Positions 29,649 to 36,943 of a DNA stretch of 64,000 nucleotides are shown here, in pieces. Below the pieces are notes generated by a model. The model made no database searches and was not told the origin of the DNA. It worked only from the letters and a program-made list of their open reading frames with translations. The stretch's first letter is position 1; every line of letters starts with the position of its first letter. Both the position numbers and the translations under genes were made by a program. Where the stretch lies: the IMG/VR virus record IMGVR_UViG_3300042923_000474, positions 62,001 through 126,000 of that record. The stretch is one strand, 5' to 3'.

Positions 29649-30452
29649 ATGACTACTGCAAACCCGCTCCAAGACAAACTGCGTTCGTTGTTCCTGCTGT
29701 GCGACTATGCCAACATCAGTTCTAACGATCACCGTGACTGCTACAGTACGGCTGAGGAGGAGATCAAGAAACGCAATCCTAAAGTCAGCGAAGACATCCT
29801 GGCTGGGATGATCGAAAGCAACGTGTGGCACGAGATCACCATCCACCCAGTGGGCGCTCGTAGCCGCATGTCCTTCATCGGCCATGACTTCATCTCTACG
29901 TTGAACGATGCGTTCGCCATGGCGGTGATGTTCTCCAAGGAAGCCTGTCCTGAAGGGGATGACATTATCCTTACTGATGAAGAGGATAACGCCACCCTCA
30001 ACTACGTCAAGCTGAGCAATACTTGCCGTGCGTCTGTTGGACTTACCTTCAACGGCTGGCGGGATGATCAGGTGAGCACGCAGGACGGTCCCCAAGAGGC
30101 GACTGCCGAGAACCACCTGCGTAACCACATCGAGTGGGAAGACGATGAGGAGTGCACCGAGTACCTGACCGAGGAGTTGATTGCTGCAATGTGTGAGCCA
30201 GGCTCTGAGTCTGTCTTCTACATCCACGCTTACCCCAACACCCCTGTCGGCAGCTACAGCTTCTATGGTCTGAACTCTCATCAGGTCATCAAGGCCATGC
30301 TGCAGATCTGCACAGAAGCCACCCAGTTCGATGCTCCCCAGCCAGCCGGCATGAACATTGAGTTGTCTCGTGTGGCAGCAGAGCTGCGTCGTCAAGGCGC
30401 TGAACCGTCCGAATTCTGGACTAGCCGTGAAAAGCCAAACGATTCGATTTAA
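29649..30452 (+). CDS. Hypothetical protein with a tandemly duplicated domain
   Basis: ND HRD..STAEE..K...VSEDILAGMIE..ITIHP echoed by NGWRD..TAE..L...LTEELIAAMCE..IHAYPNTPVG. Confidence 0.7.
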   Translation: MTTANPLQDKLRSLFLLCDYANISSNDHRDCYSTAEEEIKKRNPKVSEDILAGMIESNVWHEITIHPVGARSRMSFIGHDFISTLNDAFAMAVMFSKEACPEGDDIILTDEEDNATLNYVKLSNTCRASVGLTFNGWRDDQVSTQDGPQEATAENHLRNHIEWEDDEECTEYLTEELIAAMCEPGSESVFYIHAYPNTPVGSYSFYGLNSHQVIKAMLQICTEATQFDAPQPAGMNIELSRVAAELRRQGAEPSEFWTSREKPNDSI

Positions 30453-30474
30453 CTAAAAATCGAACCTATAATAC
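30445..30474 (+). promoter_or_regulatory. Putative early promoter, copy 2
   Basis: CGATTTAACT-AAAAAT-CGAACCTATAATAC. Confidence 0.7.
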
Positions 30475-30516
30475 CCACGTGAATAAGGTTGAATAAACTT
30501 CCTTGTTCACATCAAT

Positions 30517-30536
30517 CCCCATGTTCTAAGGAGAAC
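30517..30536 (+). promoter_or_regulatory. RBS-sequestering hairpin element 2
   Basis: CCCCAT-GTTCT-AAGG-AGAAC before ATG 30540. Confidence 0.65.
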
Positions 30537-30539
30537 AAA

Positions 30540-30875
30540 ATGGAAACTTACTTCATCGTTTCTGGCGTTATCGCCAATGCTGTTGTTATCGCTGCTGCCC
30601 TGCTGTGGATCGTCTACTGGGTGATCCTGCGTAAAGGTGTGGATGTACGAGAGGTAGGCGTTATGAACGCCGAAGTGAAGGAAGGCGATGACTGGGTTGA
30701 GGTGGTTGAAGAGGGCGGAGTGGTTAAGCACTATATCCTGACCTTCACGGCTATCCGTCACCGTTACTACTCCATCTGGTCCATGCGCCGTCAGATCTGG
30801 AAGTCTGTAAAGCGCATGCATCCAAACGTCAGAGCTGTTAGCGTGGAAGGCTTCGCTTACGGTTTCGACGACTAA
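30540..30875 (+). CDS. Single-pass membrane protein, paralogue of 30911-31222
   Basis: N-terminal TM; IWKSVKR...VRAV...GFAYGF. Confidence 0.75.
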   Translation: METYFIVSGVIANAVVIAAALLWIVYWVILRKGVDVREVGVMNAEVKEGDDWVEVVEEGGVVKHYILTFTAIRHRYYSIWSMRRQIWKSVKRMHPNVRAVSVEGFAYGFDD

Positions 30876-30884
30876 TCAACCTAT

Positions 30885-30904
30885 CCCCAAGTCCTAAGGA
30901 GGAC
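30885..30904 (+). promoter_or_regulatory. RBS-sequestering hairpin element 3
   Basis: CCCCAA-GTCCT-AAGG-AGGAC before ATG 30911 (compensatory C-G pair). Confidence 0.65.
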
Positions 30905-30910
30905 ACTGTA

Positions 30911-31222
30911 ATGACCGCTATCATCGTTATCGCTGTACTGGCTGCAATCGTACTGACTGTTGTTGTAGCACGTCGTATGCGTCACCATGGCTTCACCTTG
31001 CAAGAGGTATCCATCTATCAAGAAGCTGCCTCTCAAAAGGCTGACAACTTCGTAGAGATCACTGTTGCTGGCTGCCGTCTGCGCAAGCCACTGGCTGTAG
31101 AGGTTGAACTGGAACGCCGGTTCAATCCAGAGAAACTGCGTGAAGCCATCTGGCGGAGCGTTAAGCGTTACGATGATCGTGTGAGCGCTGTGCGTTTCCA
31201 AGGTCACACCTACTCGTTCTAA
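30911..31222 (+). CDS. Single-pass membrane protein, paralogue of 30540-30875
   Basis: N-terminal TM; IWRSVKR...VSAV...GHTYSF. Confidence 0.75.
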   Translation: MTAIIVIAVLAAIVLTVVVARRMRHHGFTLQEVSIYQEAASQKADNFVEITVAGCRLRKPLAVEVELERRFNPEKLREAIWRSVKRYDDRVSAVRFQGHTYSF

Positions 31223-31230
31223 AACTAAAC

Positions 31231-31264
31231 GGTCCGGCTCTCAGGTGAGGGTCGGACCTTATGC
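31231..31264 (+). terminator. Hairpin followed by TTATGC
   Basis: GGTCCGGCTCTC-AGGT-GAGGGTCGGACC. Confidence 0.7.
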
Positions 31265-31283
31265 CGACTAAAGGAGCAAGATA

Positions 31284-31556
31284 ATGGCATCTGTAAAAGT
31301 AATGGTAAACCGCGTAAACATCCTCGTCCTCCCTGACTTCCGTAAGGTGCTCAAGGAGTGGGAGAAGTTTGGCAACACCACCGGCGAACGTCTGGTGGGC
31401 ATCGTCGTCACCCCTTGGGATGGCGAGTACAACCTGGAAGAGGTCATGACTTCTTCTCGCTTCTCAATCCCCGGCTTGCAAGATGCAAAACGGGACCTCA
31501 TGGCGACTATCGCCGAATACGACAAGGTCACTATCAATGAACGTCGAATTGCTTGA
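31284..31556 (+). CDS. Hypothetical protein (90 aa)
   Basis: AAGGAG RBS. Confidence 0.7.
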   Translation: MASVKVMVNRVNILVLPDFRKVLKEWEKFGNTTGERLVGIVVTPWDGEYNLEEVMTSSRFSIPGLQDAKRDLMATIAEYDKVTINERRIA

Positions 31557-31557
31557 A

Positions 31558-31719
31558 ATGAATAACCTGATCCTCTCCATCGGTGCACGCCTGCGTCAAG
31601 TCTCCCTGAGTCTTGCACAGGCTACCGGCCACTGCCGTGAACTGCTTTCCGTTGAACGAGACGTCCTGCTTAACCAGTACACTTCACTCTGCAGCCGTAC
31701 CTCCACCCTGACCGCCTAA
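31558..31719 (+). CDS. Possible 53-aa protein
   Basis: ATG 1 nt after the upstream stop; MNNLILSIGARLRQVSLSLAQ... Confidence 0.45.
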   Translation: MNNLILSIGARLRQVSLSLAQATGHCRELLSVERDVLLNQYTSLCSRTSTLTA

Positions 31720-31766
31720 GCTTAGTCTTAAGCGCATTGGGTGGCAGTGCATTTAAGAGTGAACTT

Positions 31767-31786
31767 CCCCACGTCCTTAGGAGGAC
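31767..31786 (+). promoter_or_regulatory. RBS-sequestering hairpin element 4
   Basis: CCCCAC-GTCCT-TAGG-AGGAC before ATG 31793. Confidence 0.65.
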
Positions 31787-31792
31787 AACCCC

Positions 31793-32053
31793 ATGAGCGA
31801 ACAAAATGATCCACTCGATCAACTAACCCCTGAGAATCGCATCAAGTATGAAAACTACAAACGCGAAGATCAGTTAACCGCAGACCTGCTCCACGGCATT
31901 GTCGCCATGGCAAAGATGTTGCGTGGTCGTGACATCTTCGGCTTGGAAGGCAAGGGTGCTCTGGACTCTTTCCAACAGAGTGAAGACATTCAATGGCTGA
32001 TGGACCACACTGGCGTAGCCGGTTGGGATGACCCCATTGACCCAGCAGACTGA
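31793..32053 (+). CDS. Small acidic hypothetical protein (86 aa)
   Basis: Strong RBS; ends at a terminator. Confidence 0.75.
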   Translation: MSEQNDPLDQLTPENRIKYENYKREDQLTADLLHGIVAMAKMLRGRDIFGLEGKGALDSFQQSEDIQWLMDHTGVAGWDDPIDPAD

Positions 32054-32055
32054 CA

Positions 32056-32111
32056 GCATAACCGCCCTCCCATTACGGGAGGGCGGCTACCTGCTTGCTA
32101 TTTATTTTTTT
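32056..32111. terminator. Bidirectional hairpin terminator
   Basis: CCGCCCTCCC-ATTAC-GGGAGGGCGG; TATGC on the minus side, distal T-tract on the plus side. Confidence 0.75.
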
Positions 32112-32244
32112 GTTTCTGAACACGATCACTGATCTTGCTCAAGGCGATCCCCGCAACAATTTCACGGATAGCCTGACGACCCTGGCACATTTGCTGACTG
32201 GTCATGATGGGTACGCGCTCTGCCACTGCTTGCATGTTCGATCC

Positions 32245-32718
32245 TTACTTGATCTTGGAAAGCACCATGGAGATGAATTCCTCTAGGGATTTGGCGATGA
32301 TCTGCCGTTTAGGTTTACCGGTGCGGAAAAGGATGATCTGACCCCGTCGCCCACCGGCTGCTGGCGCTTGGTCAATGCAGTAATAGTCTGCCCCATTGAT
32401 TTTGGCAAACGGAATCCACGCAGGGTTCCACCAGGTAGCTGCGACCCCAGAGTCCGGCACAGCTTTCTTGTCGTCGGTCTTGCCATCGGTGTAGGTCTCG
32501 TTGAAACCTTTCCAGAGGGTCAACACCTTCTGATGAGGCAGGAATACAATCTTGCCCCCTTCAGTCTTGATGGACATCCCGTTGGATTGTTCCAGCGCAG
32601 AGCGCAGGTCCTTGGGCATGTCGATCTTTGCTTTCTGTTCGTTCGCATCGGCCTTGGCCTTATCGAGTTCAGGTCCCTTTTTTACACCTTCCGGCAGGGA
32701 TGACAAGTTAACGGCCAT
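32245..32718 (-). CDS. SMI1/KNR4 (SUKH) family immunity-like protein
   Basis: MPKDLRSALEQSNG, WWNPAWIPFA, DYYCIDQAP..GG..GQIILF, IAKSLEEFI. Confidence 0.85.
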   Translation of the reverse strand: MAVNLSSLPEGVKKGPELDKAKADANEQKAKIDMPKDLRSALEQSNGMSIKTEGGKIVFLPHQKVLTLWKGFNETYTDGKTDDKKAVPDSGVAATWWNPAWIPFAKINGADYYCIDQAPAAGGRRGQIILFRTGKPKRQIIAKSLEEFISMVLSKIK

Positions 32719-33154
32719 TGCGAGGCTCCTGATTGATTTGCTCTATATAGTTCAACCAGTTGGTGAGGAAGTCACGAGCCTTATCGTGATTGCCCACTGT
32801 CTTACCGGTCTGACGACCCGCTACAAAAGCTGCACGAGACAGTTCACGAATGCCATGGTAGGCTTGCTCTTTACGACGCAGGCTTTCCCAGTCCAGACGT
32901 TTGTCGATGCCGTGCAGATGGGAACGGATGTGGAAGGTGATCATGTTTGCACGGTGGCCACCAATGGGTTCCGGCAACTCTACAGCTTCCAGCTTTTCCA
33001 ACTCCTGACCCGCCACGTGATCGGCGTAGATCTCCTTGTGCATCTGTTCATGCATGTCCATGCCGCGTTGCTCTTCTGGAGTCAGCGGCTTCTGAAGATC
33101 TGACTGATAAGTGAAATCAGACATCAGACCTGCATTGAAGGGTGACGATCGCAT
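32708..33154 (-). CDS. Hypothetical protein with an isolated terminase-type Walker A peptide (GRQTGKT)
   Basis: GGAG RBS; AFVAGRQTGKT encoded at 32798-32818. Confidence 0.7.
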   Translation of the reverse strand: MRSSPFNAGLMSDFTYQSDLQKPLTPEEQRGMDMHEQMHKEIYADHVAGQELEKLEAVELPEPIGGHRANMITFHIRSHLHGIDKRLDWESLRRKEQAYHGIRELSRAAFVAGRQTGKTVGNHDKARDFLTNWLNYIEQINQEPRNGR

Positions 33155-33363
33155 ATGAAACTCCGTAGTCTTTCAGGGAACCCTCGCATGCTCACGTACT
33201 GATTCCGAGCGTGCTGCTGGCCACACAGATAAATAAAGTCACGACGCTGTTGGGCATCGAAAGTGATTGCACCCAACTGCATGCAGTAGGGCAGGGGCTT
33301 AAGAATCCCGCCCACTCGGTTCGCCATCATCTCCAGCATCGGAGTCGGTAACGTCAGGTTCAT
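33124..33363 (-). CDS. Possible hypothetical protein (79 aa)
   Basis: Fills the gap in the operon but overlaps both neighbours. Confidence 0.4.
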   Translation of the reverse strand: MNLTLPTPMLEMMANRVGGILKPLPYCMQLGAITFDAQQRRDFIYLCGQQHARNQYVSMRGFPERLRSFICDRHPSMQV

Positions 33364-33913
33364 TGAGCGACTCCATTAGCATGCGATCGATGGGGTCCAT
33401 GGGACCGTACTCGGTAGGGGGCACCATCAGGAAATCAATGTCACTTGACGGCGTGGGTTCGGAATGATCAACAGTGCCCGTAGGGACTATCCGGCCCAAG
33501 TAAGGGACACCATCCTTACTGACATCAATACGGGAGACGGGGTCTGGCATGAAATCGCAATTGCCAATGCTCAATGAGTCAATGGACAATGGATGAGGAT
33601 ACTCGGTCACCATCTGACGAATGCCACCGTCCTCTACGGCCGTCGGGCGAGTGGCGAAGAACTGCCGTTCGAATTCCCGCTCCCGATGACGCAACTTGAT
33701 CCATTCCAACTGGGCCCTGAAGTTGATGTCTTTCTCAAAGCCAGACACATGACTCGTGACACAAAAGCTCAGCGCCTTGATGTACGAGGGAGGCTGGCTA
33801 AGGGCGTAGCGAGGAACGCCCTCTTCAACCAGACTGGTGGCCAAAGCGTCCAGCTGTTCCTGTTCACGTTTCCTGTCTGCTTGACGCTGGAGGCGCTTTC
33901 TACGGTTGGCCAT
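33299..33913 (-). CDS. Hypothetical protein, basic N-terminus and acidic C-terminus
   Basis: AAGG RBS; 204 aa. Confidence 0.65.
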   Translation of the reverse strand: MANRRKRLQRQADRKREQEQLDALATSLVEEGVPRYALSQPPSYIKALSFCVTSHVSGFEKDINFRAQLEWIKLRHREREFERQFFATRPTAVEDGGIRQMVTEYPHPLSIDSLSIGNCDFMPDPVSRIDVSKDGVPYLGRIVPTGTVDHSEPTPSSDIDFLMVPPTEYGPMDPIDRMLMESLNEPDVTDSDAGDDGEPSGRDS

Positions 33914-33926
33914 TTTCTTACCTTGA

Positions 33927-34625
33927 TTAACGTGGTTGCCTGAAAGATTGCTTGGATCTGTGGCGTATTACTGAGCCCCGCATCTTCTTGGTACGGTTCT
34001 GCCGCTTACGGTTGCGCAGGATGTCCAGCGTGACCATTTGCAACAGTACATCACAGATGAGGTTGTGTGCAGCATCCGCGCGCTCTGGAGACATCCCTAC
34101 GACGTACTGTTGCATGGTGTCTGCATCCATCACAATGTCGCCCGGCAGTGGACCATCAGGACGACCCAACGCATCACCACCGTGCCACATCGGAGGAACC
34201 TTGACGTTGCGCAGGGGTTCTGGGATGTCGACAACGACGGGGCCAAAGGCATTTAAGAAGGTGGGTTCAAAGTCCGGCGTAGATTTTCTTTCACCACGCA
34301 ACATTGTTTGAACACTGGGTTGCAGGTGACTGTCGCACAGGCCGAAGCTTAAAACGTCTTCGCCTTTACCTAGGCCATTGACCAAACCGACCTCGGAGAT
34401 AACTGCGTAGGCTTGACCTTTGTGCTGGGTCATGTTCACCTCGTAGACCTTACCGTTAGACAACTCCAACGGTGCCTGGATGATGTCTAACAGCTCCTTT
34501 GGGAACTCGTAGAGGTGCCGGGCAATACCTGTCTTCTCCTCGACAGGTTCAGCAACCTTCGGAGCGTCACCTATCCGGGTGATCTCCATGGCGGTTATGT
34601 CGCACAGCTTATTGCCTTTTTCCAT
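33927..34625 (-). CDS. Hypothetical protein with an Arg/Lys-rich C-terminus
   Basis: Start moved to ATG 34625; overlap-coupled. Confidence 0.65.
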   Translation of the reverse strand: MEKGNKLCDITAMEITRIGDAPKVAEPVEEKTGIARHLYEFPKELLDIIQAPLELSNGKVYEVNMTQHKGQAYAVISEVGLVNGLGKGEDVLSFGLCDSHLQPSVQTMLRGERKSTPDFEPTFLNAFGPVVVDIPEPLRNVKVPPMWHGGDALGRPDGPLPGDIVMDADTMQQYVVGMSPERADAAHNLICDVLLQMVTLDILRNRKRQNRTKKMRGSVIRHRSKQSFRQPR

Positions 34626-35220
34626 GATTGATATCTCGAATGGCTTGTTGTAAAGGTGGGAGGATCTCTTGTTGAGGTCCCATGTAATCGCAATGGCCGA
34701 TAGTTCCCACATTGACAATGGGTTTCTTCAGCCCGGCCAGAGGATCTTCGTACATACCACCCCACGCCTTGTACGAGACGGTGTAGCGATCACGCCATGG
34801 CTCGATAGCGATCACGTTGGCAGCGATCATGTAGCGAGTCATGGCCTCTGCATCACGCAGGTGCACGATGTGGTCATGGAGAGGATCTGCCAGCGGCCCA
34901 CCGAACATGGGTTCCATGCTGCACTTGGTGTGCCCGGTGTAATACAAGATGCGCTCATTGGGATCACGCTCGTCTACGACCCGCCTGGTCCTTAGGTCGT
35001 AACCACGCGCACGATAAACCGAGTGACGGTGTGCATTGGGTTCAACGACCGATTGGAGTGGAGAGTTCTCCAACATCTCCACATGGGCTGCATGGATTTT
35101 GGATTGGTAGAATTCATTGCGGGCTTTATGCCACTCGTCCATGGCTTGCTCGTGGGCCAATTCCCCTTTCTCAAAGAGGCGATGCCAGCTGCTCTTCTTG
35201 AAGCTTACAAAGGTATCCAT
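34609..35220 (-). CDS. Hypothetical protein with an EF-Tu-like peptide KPIVNVGTIGHCD
   Basis: 203 aa; motif encoded at 34687-34725. Confidence 0.7.
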   Translation of the reverse strand: MDTFVSFKKSSWHRLFEKGELAHEQAMDEWHKARNEFYQSKIHAAHVEMLENSPLQSVVEPNAHRHSVYRARGYDLRTRRVVDERDPNERILYYTGHTKCSMEPMFGGPLADPLHDHIVHLRDAEAMTRYMIAANVIAIEPWRDRYTVSYKAWGGMYEDPLAGLKKPIVNVGTIGHCDYMGPQQEILPPLQQAIRDINHGKRQ

Positions 35221-36353
35221 TGATCTTCTACCCGATAAGAGAAGGAAGGTTCGCCAGCTCTAACCTTAACCTGCACGCGGTTTGGGCCGACAGCCTTAAT
35301 GACCTCACGATCAAAGAGGCATTCCAATTGACCCTCAGTTACGAGGGGGTGATTGCCATGTTCCTTAACCACCTCATTCCATGCAGTGATCGCTGCAAAC
35401 TTCAGCTCTTCGGTACTCATAGGCGCCTTGACCGACGGCATGATTATCGAGGAACCTGTGTCGATGCGACGGAAGTGGTGACCTTCACGAGGCCTGATGC
35501 CCGGCAGGCTGTATACCCACTCGCCATCGCCAGCCTTGAACTTGAAGCTGACCTTGTCGTACTTCTCATCCTTCCAGATGGCCTCAGCGGAAACCATCTC
35601 TGGTCCAACTTCACGCCAGAAGTCTTGGAACTTGGTTGCCACGACGGTGTGAGGTGGGCTTTGGTGATGGGCGAAGTACACCATGGTGAAGCTCCACGCT
35701 TTCTGAGCCAGTTCTTCATACGTGGCCAATGAGCTGGGTGTGGGATATCGTGAGGAAGGCTCTACCGTGACCGTAGGGAAGTAGATCTCAGCGAACTGTG
35801 CCGGCTTCCCGCCCAGATATTCATCCAGCGAGATCGGACGCTCAATCTCTTTCCACTCACCCCAGACCAGTTGCTCGTAACGCACACCCATGCCGACGAA
35901 ACGAACACGAGCCAGCTCGGAGCCAAACTTCTCACGAGCAGCCCGTGCAAATTCAGCCTGCATGTGCTCGCCGTAGCGGTCGCGGTTAGCGGAGTAAATG
36001 CGGCTCCATGTTTCATCGCACCATTCCCACGTTGGGCCGTCTACCATCTCTTCCCTGTAGTAGTCGCCGATGGAGAGGGCCGGTGGGAACAGAGGAGGGG
36101 TGCCGATCGCCTTTTTCTCAATCTCTGACCACGTCAGCATGTCGCCGTCCATATCGCCCGGTGTCTTGTCAGGATACTGAGGCAGTGTACGGATGGCATC
36201 CCATGCGTAACGTTCAGCTTTCGCGCCGAGGATACGTGTGAAGAAGTATTCTGGATTAACCCTGACTTCTTCCAGAATGAGTTCCTTCTGCTCCTGAGTC
36301 AGGTTCGGCGAGAAAGGGTCAAGCGCCTTTACGTTCTTGTTAATCAGTTCCAT
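35205..36353 (-). CDS. Hypothetical protein with a terminase-N-like first 40 aa
   Basis: ALDPFSPNLTQEQKELILEEVRVNPEYFFTRIL; start moved to ATG 36353. Confidence 0.7.
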   Translation of the reverse strand: MELINKNVKALDPFSPNLTQEQKELILEEVRVNPEYFFTRILGAKAERYAWDAIRTLPQYPDKTPGDMDGDMLTWSEIEKKAIGTPPLFPPALSIGDYYREEMVDGPTWEWCDETWSRIYSANRDRYGEHMQAEFARAAREKFGSELARVRFVGMGVRYEQLVWGEWKEIERPISLDEYLGGKPAQFAEIYFPTVTVEPSSRYPTPSSLATYEELAQKAWSFTMVYFAHHQSPPHTVVATKFQDFWREVGPEMVSAEAIWKDEKYDKVSFKFKAGDGEWVYSLPGIRPREGHHFRRIDTGSSIIMPSVKAPMSTEELKFAAITAWNEVVKEHGNHPLVTEGQLECLFDREVIKAVGPNRVQVKVRAGEPSFSYRVEDQWIPL

Positions 36354-36729
36354 GCTGTTCCCCCACAGTTGTAATGTCAGTAAGTTGGTAAGCTTCTTTC
36401 CCGTCGACGCAGACCGAGATAGCATTGAACGGTTCGCCCACAGGGATCGCAGTGATGCGCCCATGGATCTCCACCGGCAGCTTAACGGAGTTAGCCTTCT
36501 CCACAATTGCTCGGGCCAGTGTGACGTGAATGTCTTCGCCTTCCAGTTGGACATTGGTTTCATCGTCCAATGCCAAGTCAACTACCTGACAGGCAATCCA
36601 CAAGCGTTGACTGGTCGCCAAGGCCTCTGGGTTGCTGTCGTACATGGTGGACAGAGTCGGGTACTGCATTGCGCGCAGCATCTCGGTGGCTTGATCTGCT
36701 TCAACCTGAGGGATGAATTGCTTTACCAT
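36340..36729 (-). CDS. Hypothetical protein (129 aa)
   Basis: GGAG RBS. Confidence 0.7.
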   Translation of the reverse strand: MVKQFIPQVEADQATEMLRAMQYPTLSTMYDSNPEALATSQRLWIACQVVDLALDDETNVQLEGEDIHVTLARAIVEKANSVKLPVEIHGRITAIPVGEPFNAISVCVDGKEAYQLTDITTVGEQHGTD

Positions 36730-36746
36730 GATTTACTCCAAAATTA

Positions 36747-36774
36747 GCATAAAGGCCCACCCCGAAGGATGGGC
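36747..36774 (-). terminator. UUCG hairpin followed by CTTTATGC on the minus strand
   Basis: Minus strand GCCCATCC-TTCG-GGGTGGGC-CTT-TATGC. Confidence 0.7.
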
Positions 36775-36943
36775 ACAATGGGGGCTTATGCCCGAGGCAG
36801 GCTGGTAGCCAAGGCTACCCAGAAGTCACGCCAAACTTTCTGCACGTCCAGAAGCGCTTTCGCATTTCCATACGGGCAGACGAGAGGGATAGACTGCTGT
36901 GGGATTACAACAGGAAGCTTTCGGTTCATGACGCCCCCAGACA

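Noticed and set aside
27340-32110. CRISPR array or tRNA genes among the repeated short elements
   Set aside because: The repeats sit at gene starts separated by whole ORFs, not uniform spacers; no cloverleaf or T-loop consensus was seen by eye, and tRNAscan-SE would confirm.
33440-33520. IVPTGTVDHS in ORF 33299-33913 as a second EF-Tu-like peptide
   Set aside because: Too few identities to GTIGHVDHG to separate from chance.
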